NCBI GenBank assembly: GCA_051294375.1
Contig: CM119264.1
Span: 27,777,949-27,825,873 of the forward strand
Reading direction: 5' to 3'
DNA from: Paraspadella gotoi
Lineage: Eukaryota > Animalia > Chaetognatha
DNA: 47,925 bases
Shown here: one piece after another, positions 11,921 through 23,815 of the stretch
Layout: each line of letters starts with the position of its first letter
Position numbering within the stretch: the first letter of the stretch is position 1
The notes under the pieces: model-generated
What the model saw: only the letters and a program-made list of their open reading frames with translations
Databases searched by the model: none
What the model was told of the DNA's origin: nothing
Translations under genes and position numbers: made by a program

Positions 11921-12430
11921 GTGATGGTTGATGTTGTCGATCACCGGAATTGAGTCCTCGTGTTGTTGTTTGTTGTTTTTATTTGTTTCAATCATTTTTA
12001 TTGATTAGCTATTTTTTTTTTTACACGTTTGTTTTTTTGTTCAAGTCATCTGTCTTCATCAGAAATGTAGCAGCAATCAAATCAGGCTTAAGTCATCAAC
12101 AAGATATTTCTAAATCAGGCGGGAAACTTCCTTAATCCAATGTTCCTTCGCATCAGCCATGGCCTAATCAAGTCAATCAACTAAATAACAGGATACAAAT
12201 AAGTCTATGCTCGTTTCCGCCCCCGAGGATTCCAGTCAGTTGAATAGAATGCGGCCTAATGTTAAGGTATAATCTTTAAACAACCCAAGGAATCGAAGTT
12301 AGTGAACTCAAATGAAATCAACGCCAATCAATTCGATTAATGATCAATCAATAATAAATAATAATTAATATAGTAAATACTCATCAATCAATAATTATGG
12401 TCAATCAATAATTAATTAAGTTAATCACAG

Positions 12431-12592
12431 GTGGTAAAGAACAACTTCGATCTTCCCGCTCCCGGGCGTTCCAATCGTCCGCGACTGTATGACTTGAAGA
12501 ATCGCCATCTACAAGAGACGTCGGCACGTTACGGACACTTTCGGCCGCGCGACAGTTTCCGTGGGAGCGACCGGAAGAGCTCGTGCTTCTGA
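12431..12592 (+). pseudogene. MAT: MAT terminal exon 7, noisy copy
   Basis: cacAG|VVKNNFDL, PG, DLK, IYK, YGHF, FPWERP and TGA at 12590-12592, matching NFDLRPG...YGHFGR..FPWE. Confidence 0.88.
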
Positions 12593-15500
12593 GGATGTGT
12601 GTGGTTTACAGAAAGCTTGGACATTGTGGTTCGGTAATCGGGAGCGGATCGGAATCCGATGGATGAAAGGTTGTCGTGACATCAAAAAGGGTGCACCGAT
12701 GATTTGTTCAAGTGAAACAGTACACAGGAAGACTAGACAGACTCATTGGTTTCTTCTATACATAGACCTATGCGCTATTGGTATCACACATTATATTCGA
12801 CTAGCAAAAAGCCTTTTATTCAGACCATCAAAATGTTCACTTCGCTTTCCTTTTGCCGAATTTGTTCGCTCACCCTGCCCCGCTCTCACTCGACCTCTCG
12901 CCCAAGCCCTGGTTTCGCCCCGGCCCCCTTGGCCACAAAAGACAAAAATACTCAAACCGCAATCTTGCAAAACAAACCAAAAAAAAAATGTTTAGCGAAG
13001 ATACTTGGGCCTTTAATTTCCGTTTTATTTTTCCTTTTATTGTTTTCCTTTAATTTCCATCCATTCGAGCGGCTTTCCCAATCTTTCCATTGTTTCTCTC
13101 ACGAAAATTTTTTTTTTTTTTTTCGCTTTAGAACACAATGAAAAAATGAAGTGGCGAAACGGTCTGCGTGCTGATGCTTTGTCCCTTTAAAAATCGTGTT
13201 CTGAGAGCCAAATTACATTGATACTACTGTTTGGTTCATTCATGTGTAAAAGATAACTACAGCTACTGGCATCGTCGTGTAATCTGACCATAACCTGACT
13301 CAGTCAACAAAAAGCTAACTGAGTCAAAAATAGTAAAAGAATGAAGCAATTATGAGCTCGAAACCGCTTAAACAAAATTTTTAGAGCATTGCTTTTAAAT
13401 AAATGCAGAAAAAATATTAATGGGATTATTAAAACAAAACTTTAGCTATACCTAATAGTTAAACCGTAAGACCCAAAGATGAATAACTTTTTTTATAACC
13501 CGCACTCGCATATTCCTCAATTATATGAAGTCTATATTGTTTGTAATTAGTCAATGAATGTCTAAATAAGCAATACTGACAATTCATTTTCAAATTTTCT
13601 TTATGGAATGGGAAGTTTTCTTTCCTCGTTGCCTTACTCTCCCTTCGTGTCTAGATTATTTAATAAAAAATATACTTTAAAGGTTATTAGTTCTCCAAAA
13701 CAGAAAACGCCCGCCCCGCTGTTATAATAGAATCGTGAAACTATTATGTTTTTTGCACTTTTTTTCAATTCTTGTTCACACACAATACAACGAACAAGAT
13801 CATACTATAGACATTCTTTTAACATACTAAAACAATTGATTTAGATATGAGAGTTTGGCTAAAAAAATAAGAAATTTTGAAACTCTTTGAGAACTGAAGC
13901 TGTTTAAGAGTCAGGAAAAAAATTTTGCATTCTAAAAAATCAGCCTCTAGCCTTCGATTTTTCCTAAAGGTCTGTTTTTTATTCTTTTTCTGAATATTAT
14001 ATTTTTCTATGAAACCATTTGCTCAATGAGCATAGGTCGGAATGAAATTTTTTTTTGTTTTTTTTTTTCCAACAATTTGATGAAAAAGTTTCACTTTTCT
14101 TAGATCTTAGGCTTTTTGGGGGAAATAAATAAATAATTAATTATACGATGGGTACATGGCAAGTGATAATGTCTCTAATGACAAAAGAAATTTTCGTTAC
14201 AGTTTTATGTTGAAAATTTAAGTATTGTAACCCAACCAGAAAAAGAAAAAAGTAGAGGTTTGGGGGGAGATAACTTCCCGGCTTTGGCGAAATTTTTATT
14301 TTAACAAAGATTTGTACTGCGTAAATTTAAAAAAACGTTTTTTTTTAAATAATTTTGAAAGAAAAGAGGTAGCAAGGTGTAGTGGTACTCAATTAAGCCC
14401 TAATCATGGGACACCACTTTGTCTAAAAGAGTTTTATTTAAATTAAATCCATAAACTCTTTGACACGGCTTTCTGTATTAACATCAAGTTGCAAAGTCAT
14501 AACGTTTTTTTGCTTTTAAAACCATTTCAAATGAAGACATACTGAAACTTTTTTTTCTGTTCTTTGTAATTTGAAAAACAGAAGACTGAAATAATTTTGT
14601 TTATTATTACAATTTTTTTTATTCCATAAATTGGCTTTATATTTTTACAGTCGTGGAAAGTAAAAAAACAAGCCAAAAATTAATGTTTAGCTTTATTAAA
14701 ATATATTTTATAAATCAATTGAAAAATGCTATAAATACAAAAAATGTTTCAGCCTGTGATATACATAGGTCTGTGACATCTAACGCTTCTTGTCTTGAAA
14801 AAAAAAAAATATTGTATTTTTCAATTTCTTTAAACTGGCAAACTAAAAGCTTGACACACTGCGTTGTTTATCATATTAAAGTTGTAAAAAAATTATATAG
14901 CTGGTAACATTTGGACAAAGCAAAACATCATTGTATTAATTTGTATGATATTTTTTTTTTTTAAAATATAGCAAGGAATTTAATTTTATTATTTATCATA
15001 CCATTTTAATTAAGAAAAATATTTCTCGTAATAGCCCATTGGAAAGGGTTCATTGACTGACTTTAATGAATGAAATTTTTTAAAATTTCTTTACTGCCCC
15101 TATTTCACAGAGATATTAAAAAATCATGGTTATAAGTCCCAATAAGTCCAGATTAATCTGTACCCCTTTCTGCAACCTGCAGAGTTCCCATTTTTTCTTT
15201 TTTTTTGTTCACTTTCCCAAATGTATTTAAAGTAAAAAAAATTATCTTGAGAAGACAATCGGCGTGGAGGATGCCATTGGTAAGCCTTAGTTACCCACTT
15301 CCCCGGATCGAATTTTTAAATGAGGTTTTTTTTTCCACTATTTGAAGACATACCACTAACTATTAGTGACTATTATTTTTTTTTTTTCTATTAATTCTAT
15401 GAAAATACTGAATAAGTAAGCTTTTTTGTAAATTATCATCTTTCACCCCTATAATTCAGTCGATATCAAAAACAAAATAGATTTTGCATTGATTATTTTG

Positions 15501-15637
15501 GATATGCAGGCATAGTGAAGAAACTGATAACTTTCACAAATAAAAGTAAATATAATAATATTAACAGTAATTTTTTTATATGGGCACGGAACAAGTACGT
15601 TACGCCAATTTTCAATTTGTTGTCCTTACCGACATAT

Positions 15638-15668
<31 letters not shown>

Positions 15669-16146
15669 TTTTATAGTTGTTTCTACCTTTGTCTACATAT
15701 TTAAGAATTCCTTTCTTTAATTTTATCCATCCTATCCATTTTATCTTTTCCCTTCCCCGGCCATAGCGTTCATTCGCCCGAGGGAAAACTCGCCCCAAGG
15801 AACTTTTCACTCCAGTGAAAAATATTGTGAATCTCGCGCCTGGTGAGCCGTGAGCCGTGAGTCGAGAGTCTTGAGTCGCGAATCGTGAATCTGACTTCGA
15901 CTTCGAAGATCAAATTTTCTCTTCGCGCAAATTTTTCGCTTCGACGATCGAGGGTTTATGGTTCTGGCTTTTGTCGTTGTCGTCGTCGTCGTTGTTGTTG
16001 TTGTTGTTGTCTTTTATAAGTCGTAAACGTTAGTCAAGTTTAAAAATAATTTTCAGTGGGTCGAATATTTAGTTTTAAAAAAAATAGTGTATGTAATTGA
16101 CTGAAGTTCGTGGTTTCTTGTTGTCGTCGCCATAGTCGTGTTCTTC

Positions 16147-16149
<3 letters not shown>

Positions 16150-16197
<48 letters not shown>

Positions 16198-16227
16198 TTC
16201 ACCGTCGTCGTCGTCGTCGTCGTCGTC
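16150..16227. repeat. (GTC)n microsatellite
   Basis: Two gtc runs separated by ttcacc; similar GTC/GAC tracts at 10672-10730 and 17966-18000. Confidence 0.9.
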
Positions 16228-16536
16228 AAATCTTCTTCCGGCGAATCAGTGGTTAAAACTCGATCTCATTTTTCGATTCTTCAAAATTTCAAAATTATTT
16301 TTCTGCGTAGTTTTTCTCTCTCACACAAAAAGTACGAACGTTCGAAACTGAATGAACTAACAAAATTAACTTTTCCACGAACTTTTCTCTAATATTACTA
16401 TAAACACCTGCAAAAAAAAGTCGCAAATCAAAAAAACAGGCTCGCTAAAAAAAACTGTAGCTGCTCTTTAAAAGTTAAGAATTTCCGGAAAAGCTTCTTC
16501 ACTCGACTCTTTTAAAGGAAGGAGCAAACGGAAAGC

Positions 16537-16572
16537 ATGAAATTGCTGAAGGAAGATTCCGAAGATTTGAGA
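16537..16572 (+). CDS. Candidate first coding exon of the MTHFR-regulatory-domain gene
   Basis: ATG with an in-frame TAA just upstream (16513); MKLLKEDSEDLR then consensus GTGAGT; phase 0 fits the next exon. No homology support. Confidence 0.5.
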
Positions 16573-16670
16573 GTGAGTTGGGGAGTTTCTAAAAATAGAT
16601 TTGAGAGTGAGTTGGGGAGTTTCTAAAAATAGATTTGAGAATGAGTTGGGGAGATTCTAAAAATAGATTT
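16564..16670. repeat. 34-bp tandem repeat x3 spanning the exon 1 donor
   Basis: gatttgagagtgagttggggagtttctaaaaata three times; the third copy has AT in place of GT. Confidence 0.9.
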
Positions 16671-17307
16671 ATTGATGTATCTAAATAGAGAGTCTCTCAC
16701 ATAGCGGAATCATTTTTCAAGGCAGTTGACATTATAATTGGCAAAAAATAAAAAGGCACATGTATTTCCCGCAAAGACTCTCTATTTAAATACATACTAA
16801 CTAACTAACCTGTGTATGCGATGTCCTTGCAACGAGGTTGACTGATTTTTTGATAGAAATAAATAGGGCAAATAATTGAATTTATTATTTGCATAAGTAA
16901 ATATAACATTTAACACATTATGAAACATAATTTAATTTAATATAGTCATGTAAGTAATTTTGCCATTTTTTCTACTAATTCTCCACTTTATTCCTTGTCC
17001 TTTCTTATCAAACCCTCAACGGGGATCTGATCTCTTTTTTCGTCCTCTTTACTTTTCTTTTTCTCTCCTCTCTTTCTCCGTTTTTCCTGCACTCCTCTCT
17101 TCTCTTTCCTTCTTTTCTTTCCAACTTTTTTCTCCATTTCCTCTTTTTTATTTTCTCCTTTCTTCTCTTTCCTTCTCTTCTTTCCCATTTTTTTCTCTAT
17201 TTCCTCTTTTCTATTTTCTCCTCTCTTTCTCCCTTCTCCCTCTTCCTCTTTTCCACCCACCACCCACCACTCCCCCTCTCTCATCCGACACCCCTCCCCC
17301 CTTCTAG

Positions 17308-17845
17308 GCCCAAGGGGGCGTCTTACGCGTCAACTGGCGTCAAACTTTCGTCGTTGACAATTTCCAGACTCGTGTCGCCGACGACGACGACGACGACGAC
17401 GACAGCGACGACGACGACGTTTCTCGTCCTGCGACCAATTTTCACGGTTTTGACACTTTTCGCAATTCCGCCAACCTCGATGGCGCCGGGGTTAACAACA
17501 ACAACGACAACGACAACGACGACAACGCGAGAGCCGTTCGAGAAATCAACGGAAGACGCGGTCGAGCGGCGCGGTCGCCGCGGCGTCCCCGCGGCGTCAA
17601 CCCAACGTCACCGCCGCGCCCTCTCGCCGTCTTCATCCCGTCCCTCGTCAACAACGACGTCATCGACAACCGAAACAACGGAATCGACAACGACAACAAC
17701 AACGACGACGACAGAGGCCGTCAATCGCGAAGAAGCGTCGATGTCGGGGGAGAAGAGAGCGACATCAACGGTCGAGGCGACGGCGAAAACGGCAGAAGCA
17801 ACAGCAGCAGTTGGCTGCGGGTTTCCTCTCGCCATGGGGAGGAAG
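17308..17845 (+). CDS. MTHFR-regulatory-domain gene, exon 2 (D/N/R-rich low complexity)
   Basis: Long pyrimidine tract plus ctAG acceptor; 538-nt stop-free frame AQGGVLRVNWRQTFVVDNFQTRVADDDD...SWLRVSSRHGEE; GT at 17846; phase 1 joins exon 3. Not in the ORF track because the frame has no start codon. Confidence 0.62.
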
Positions 17846-17964
17846 GTAGTCAATTGAATGCTGTGAATTTTTTAAGATCTGTTGTCTTATGGTTAATAGG
17901 AAATTAGTACAGAAAAGTAAAAATTTCTCTTTAAAAAAATCTTTGAGTTCAATCTCTTTTTTAA

Positions 17965-18001
<37 letters not shown>

Positions 18002-18330
18002 CGGCCCTTGATAACGACACGACGACGACAACAACGACAACGAAGACAAATGAGAAAAACGCAAATAATTACTTTTAAAAAACTGATTATTTTTTTCTTC
18101 TCCTGCAAAACTAGAGAGAGTAAAAAAAATAAAGGGTAATTTTCTTAGCTCGGATGAGAGAGAGAGAGAGAGNNNNNNNNNNNNNNNNNNNNNNNNNNNN
18201 NNNNNNNNNNNNNNNNNNNNNNNNNNNNNNNNNNNNNNNNNNNNNNNNNNNNNNNNNNNNNNNNNNNNNNNNNNNNNNNNNNNNNNNNNNNNNNNNNNNN
18301 NNNNNNNNNNNNNNNNNNNNNNNNNNNNNN

Positions 18331-18361
<31 letters not shown>

Positions 18362-18962
18362 TCTTGACTTCTCCGCAAAACTAATTAGCATAAATCGATA
18401 AACGACCTCATCTTTCGCTCGATGCGCATAAACCTGCTTACCCCTTACCCAGGCCTAACCCAAGTTAGGCGTATTCTTGCCTCGCAACTCGCGCCTTACC
18501 TTTCTATTTCCCATAAGACTGAACACTTACGTAACGAAGTTAACTTACCATTTTTGACTTAACCTTTTGTAACTGCTGATTTTCCGCTGATTGTCTTAAA
18601 AGTTAAAACTTAACTTTATTTACGACAACCGATCCTTCATTATCTCGATGACAAAATATTTTTATTTCGCTTTAAAATCTCTAATGATTCCTCTGCTTAC
18701 CTTTGTAATTATTTTAGTGCTTTCCTAAGTGCTTGTTCCTCCTTTATATTTTTAATTATTCTCCTTTTTTCCCCGAATGCTTGCTCTTTCATACTTTCCC
18801 AAATGATTCACCCGCTCTTCCATATGCTTGCTCTTTCCTACTTTCTCTGAATGCTTGCTTTTCCCTCATTGCTCTATTGATTCTCCTGCTTTCCTAAACG
18901 CTTGCTTTTCCCAATTTTCTCTATTGATTCTCCTNNNNNNNNNNATATTTTTTTCTCTTTAG

Positions 18963-19264
18963 TTGACGACGAAGATTCTTGGTCATCGATGTCGTCGTCT
19001 TCGTCGTCGTCATCATCTTCGTCTTCATCATCGTCGTCCTCCTCTTTCCCGCAAGAACTAATTTGCGAAGAGGACGTTTGGCGACATTTTGCCGATTTCA
19101 TCGCCTCCTGGCGGGAAACGACAGAAGCTCCGACGTCGCCGAGGGAGGGCGCGGCGGTGGAAGAGTTCGCCACCTTGGCTGGGGCCGCGCATGCGTCGGC
19201 AGCGGCGGCTCAGTCGGCAGCGGCGGCAGCATCGAATTCACGACACAACGGAAATATTAGAAAA
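18963..19264 (+). CDS. MTHFR-regulatory-domain gene, exon 3
   Basis: tctctttAG acceptor; QELICEEDVWRHFADFI...HNGNIRK resembles human MTHFR EELTSEESVFEVFVLYL...RNGHK; GTAAAT donor, phase 0. Confidence 0.78.
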
Positions 19265-19959
19265 GTAAATTAAAGAACAAATTGGGAACGAATTGAGTTT
19301 AACAACGAACAAGCGAAAATAATGAAAATTAAAAGACAGATTGGCATACTAGAAATAGAGTTAACTTATTAGTAAATATTTAAGCTGTCCTAAATCTAGA
19401 AACAATTTTGAGAGAAATATGGTTTAAATAAAAAGAACAATTATATTCGAATAAAATCTTAAAAGAAAGGAAATTCACGATGAATAAAATCTTTTACAAT
19501 TCTGCTGAACTATCTGTTGATTTTATAGATATTTGTTTACGTATTTTTCCTTTTTGTAATACTTTGCTTTTCTTTTATTCATTTCTCCTTCTTAAGGGGA
19601 CCAAGTGAACAGGGGGGGTAAAAAGCTGAAAACATAACGTTTGACCCTTTAACTTAAGCTGGTTCTGATCATATAATTTTTTCATCTATAATCATTTGGG
19701 AAAGTAGTTTAAAAATTCGATAAAATCAGCGAGCTTAATTTTCTTTAAAAAATTGGTAAGAAGAAAATCTTTTTCAAGTTTAAAATTTTTTTTTCATAAT
19801 TATTAAATTTTTGTTTCTGCTATAATAAGAGATAGGAATTTTTTTGCCACTTTCCTGTGCAAAAAAAAATTAATGACGATCACCATTCAAATTCCTTTGA
19901 TGATAGACCCTTAAGCTTATGAGTTATGATATCATTTTTATCACTGGGTCCCCTTAACT

Positions 19960-20590
19960 TTTTTTTCATTTTTCCTTCTTTGCTTTTCTTTTTTTCATTT
20001 TTCCTTCTTTGCTTTTCTTTTTTTCATTCTTCCTTCTTTGCTTTTCTTTTTTCATTCTTCCTTCTTTACTTTTCTTTTTTCATTCTTCCTTCTTTGCTTT
20101 TCTTTTTTTCATTCTTCCTTCTTTGCTTTTTTTTACACTTCCTTCTTTGCTTTTCTTATTTCATTCTTCCTTCTTTGCTTTTTTTCACACTTCCTTCTTT
20201 GCTTTTCTTTTTTCTTTCTTCCTTCTTTGNNNNNNNNNNNNNNNNNNNNNNNNNAGGAAGCAAGAAGGAAGAATGAAATAAGGAAAGCAAAAGAAGGAAA
20301 GAAGAAAAAAGGAAAGCAAAGAAGGAAGAATGAAATAAAGAAACAAAGAAGGAAGAAAAAAAAAGAAAAGCAAAGAAGGAATGTGAAAAAAAGCAAAGAA
20401 GAAGAATGAAATAAGAAAAGCAAAGAAAGAAGTGTAAAAAAAAGCAAAGAAGGAGTGAAAAAAAGAAAAGCAAAGAAGGAAGAAATGAAAAAGAAAAGTA
20501 AAGAAGGAAGAATGGAAAAAGAAAGCAAGAGGAAGAGAAAAAAGAAAAGCAAGAAGGAAAAATGAAAAAAGAAAAGCAAAGAAGGAATGA
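19960..20590. repeat. About 28-30-bp minisatellite (ttttcttttttcattcttccttctttgc), orientation flipping across the N gap
   Basis: Forward 19960-20229, reverse 20255-20590; also at 22785-22865 and 29720-30250. Confidence 0.9.
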
Positions 20591-22265
20591 AAAAAGTTAA
20601 GGGGACCCAGTTGATAAATGATATCATATCATAAGCTTAAGGGTCTATCATCAAGGAATTTGAAATGTGATCGTCATTAATTTTTTTTTTTGCACAGGAA
20701 AGTGGCAAAAAAAAAATTCCTACTCATTATTATAGAGAAAACAAAAATTTAATAATTATGAAAAAAAAAATTTAGTTGACCTACCTAAATATTTATAGAT
20801 AATCCATTATTTTATTTTGCATAGAAAATATTTTTTACCTAATTCCAATTTTTATTTACTGTAACAAGCTATAATTTAACGTTTAACCTCAATTGAACAA
20901 GGCTTTACAAGACATATTTTTTATTTTATATTTAATTAAGAGCAGACAAAATCAACCTAAATTCTATCTTACCAGAAACAAACTGTAATAATTTAATTAA
21001 ATATCATCATCATGACCTAAAATGTAAATAATTAAACATATATGATTCCGGAATTATGAACAATTAAAAAATTTAGCGAAAAGTAAGAATTTTTCTCTTC
21101 TTTTATAATTTATATTACTTCAAAGAGTTTTATTTCAGTCCAATTAAACAGAATCATTTGAAAAGAAAGTTTAAATAAAATCAGTTGATACCAGATATAA
21201 AAATTTTTGATAATAAAAGGCTGAAAATCTTTTAAAATTAGATCATAACCCTTCATTTGGACAAAAAAAATTTTAAACTTGAAAAAAGATTTTCTTCTAC
21301 CAAATCTTTAAAGAAAATTAAATGTCTCCGCTGAATTTTATCGAATGTTTAATTTAAACTAACTTTCCCAAATGATTATAGATGAAAAAAATTATAATGA
21401 ATCAGAACAGCTAAGAAATTAAAGGTCAAACGTTAATGTTTTCAGCTTTTTACCACCCTAGATCACTTGGTCCCCTTACGAAGGAGAATAGAAAAATAAA
21501 AGAAAGCACATAAACAAAAGGAAAAATACGTATAACAATATCTATAAAATCAACAGAATAGTTCAGGCAGAAATTGTAAAAGAGTTTATCACGTGAATAT
21601 TCTTTCTTTAAGATTTTAATTCGAATATAATTGTTCTTTTTATATTAAACCAAATTCTCCTCACAAATTGTTTCTAGATTTAAGACAGCATAAAATAATT
21701 CATAATAAGATAACTCTAATTTCAGTATGCCATAACTGTCTTTTATTTCATTATTTCGCTTGATTCAGTTGTTAAACTCAATTCGTTCCCAATTTGTTCT
21801 TTAATTAACTTTTCTAATATTCCGTATGTTCGTGAATTCGAGCACACTGCCCGCGAGCTGCCGCACGAGCCGCCGCTGCAGAGACGCATGCAGACGGAAT
21901 CACCAGCCAAGGTGGCGAACAATTACACGCCGCGCCCTCCCTCGGCGACGTCGGAGCTCTCTGAGTCGGATCCTCGGCCAGGAGGACGATGAAATACGGA
22001 CAAAATGTTACGCCCAAACTCCTCTTCGAGCAAATTAGTTCTTACGGAGAAAGAGGAGGACGACGATGATGGAGAAAGAGAACGAAAGGAAAATTTGAGA
22101 AAAAAAAAAAATTTGAAAAAAAAAAACCGAGAAAAACGAGAAAGACGACGACAACGAAATGACCAAAAAATCTCGACGTCAAGCTAAAGAGAAAAAAATA
22201 TAATATTCAAACAAAAAATAATTCTGATACTGGTCCTGTAACCTGTCTCTCTCTTCCACGCATCT

Positions 22266-22301
<36 letters not shown>

Positions 22302-22783
22302 CTCTCTCTCTCTCTCTTCTCTCTATCTCTTATATTTGCGTAACGGTTTTTCATTTTCAATTGCTCGCCACGATAACTCGGGATGGAAGACGGTTGACGC
22401 AACATTATAAGAAAGTAGGAAGACCAAGCCAATTTAGAAGGCAGGGAACATTATAGAAAGTAGGGAAAAGAAGCGTTTAGGAAAGCAGGAGAATCAATAG
22501 AGAAAATTGGAAAGCAAGCGTTAGGAAAGCATGGAGAATCAAAGAGAAAATGGGAAAAAGCAAGCGTTTAGGAAAGGCAGGAACTCATAACGCAGATGGA
22601 AAAGCACATTCAGAAAGAAAGTAGGAAAAAGCAAAGCATATGGAAAGCGGGTGATCAGTGGGAAACGTATAAGACACAATCGGGAAAAAAGGGAATAATT
22701 AAAAAATAAAAAGGAGGAAGCACTTAGAAAGCACTACAAAAATTACAAAGGTAACAAGAGGAATCATAGAGATTTAAAGCGAA
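20255..22783 (-). repeat. Noisy inverted duplicate of about 18665-20229, including a frameshifted exon 3 copy at about 21810-22185
   Basis: Reverse-complement matches throughout (e.g. APTSPREGAA); same orientation as 29750-32385. Confidence 0.9.
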
Positions 22784-23210
22784 TTCCTTTTTTCATTCTT
22801 CCTTCTTTGCTTTCCTTATTTCACTCTTCCTTCTTTGCTTTTCTTATTTCATTCTTCCTTTCCTTTTTTAAATCTCCTTTTTCCTTCCTTCCTCTTTCCC
22901 CGATAAAAGTCGCCCTGGAAGTAAATATGGTCGTCGTAAAGAAAACTTTGGAATAAATATAAAAAAAAGAAAGGAAAAGAAAAGAAAAGAAAAAAAAAAG
23001 AAAAAAAAAGAAAAGAAAAGAAAAGAAAAGAAAATCCTTCCGTCGGGAATCGAAAGAAAATCCCTTTTCTTTTTTTTTTTTTATTCCTTTGAAATGCGAG
23101 GAACAATCATCAGATTTCAAACACCTACGATTGTTTGCGTCTTTGTCTCGCTCTCACTCTCTTTTTCGCCCCCTCTTTCAACCACTCCCTATTTTTTTCC
23201 ACCCACTCAG

Positions 23211-23491
23211 ACCGTCACCACCCTCCCATGGTGCCACCACAATCACCTCAACCCGGAAACGCGCCTCATCGCCGATCGACTCGTCGCCGTCAACGACGCC
23301 GGTTTTCTCACCGTCTCTTCTCAACCGGCGCTTAACGGCGTCGCGGCGTCGAGATTCGAGGAAAACGGCGCTGTCGGAAGCGAAGGGGACCCCGGAAGCG
23401 AAGCCGGAAGCGAAGCCGGAAGCGAAGCTGGAAGCGATGTCGGCGTCGAATCGCCGGGCAGAGTTTATCCAAACCGAAATCGGAGCTCAGA
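23211..23491 (+). CDS. MTHFR-regulatory-domain gene, exon 4
   Basis: ctcAG|TVTTLPWCHHNHLNPETRLIADRLVAVNDAGFLTVSSQPALNG aligns with human MTHFR [41 protein letters not shown]; GSEA repeats follow; GTGAGT donor, phase 2. Confidence 0.9.
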
Positions 23492-23593
23492 GTGAGTGAA
23501 GAAACGAGTGAATAAACGAGACTGTGAGAGAGTCTTGATTGAAAGCTTGCAGGGACCTGCTATGTCATTATCTTGTAAGAGTGATGGAGGCCT

Positions 23594-23685
23594 TAAACCA
23601 CCAAAGCCTGTCCAAAGTCAGGGGCAAGATAGCTTATTTATTAAATGAATGGATAATTTTTATATTGGTTGTACCAATTTCATAA
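23594..23685. repeat. 92-bp dispersed element in intron 4, identical to 867-958
   Basis: Direct comparison of the two sites. Confidence 0.9.
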
Positions 23686-23766
23686 GAAGAAAAAAAAGAA
23701 TTCTTTCTTTTTTTTTTCTTTCCGTTTTGTATTCGTGGGTTTGACTGGGTCTCTTTCCTCCCTCAG

Positions 23767-23781
23767 GTCATTTTCCTCGTT

Positions 23782-23815
<34 letters not shown>

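Larger units (their letters stand above)
4022..12592 (+). pseudogene. MAT: Indel-rich inverted copy of MAT exons 2-7 (probably an uncorrected long read rather than a true pseudogene)
   Basis: 3750-4620 is the reverse complement of about 1-860 with scattered 1-2 nt indels; six MAT exons follow in the correct order up to a stop at 12590-12592. Confidence 0.9.

Noticed and set aside
13100-15635. Possible gene downstream of MAT
   Set aside because: AT-rich, with only isolated splice-like signals and no interpretable reading frame.
17354-17857. Thr-rich mucin-like ORF
   Set aside because: An alternative frame of the same exon; the D/N-rich frame is the one that joins exon 3 in phase at the 17846 donor.
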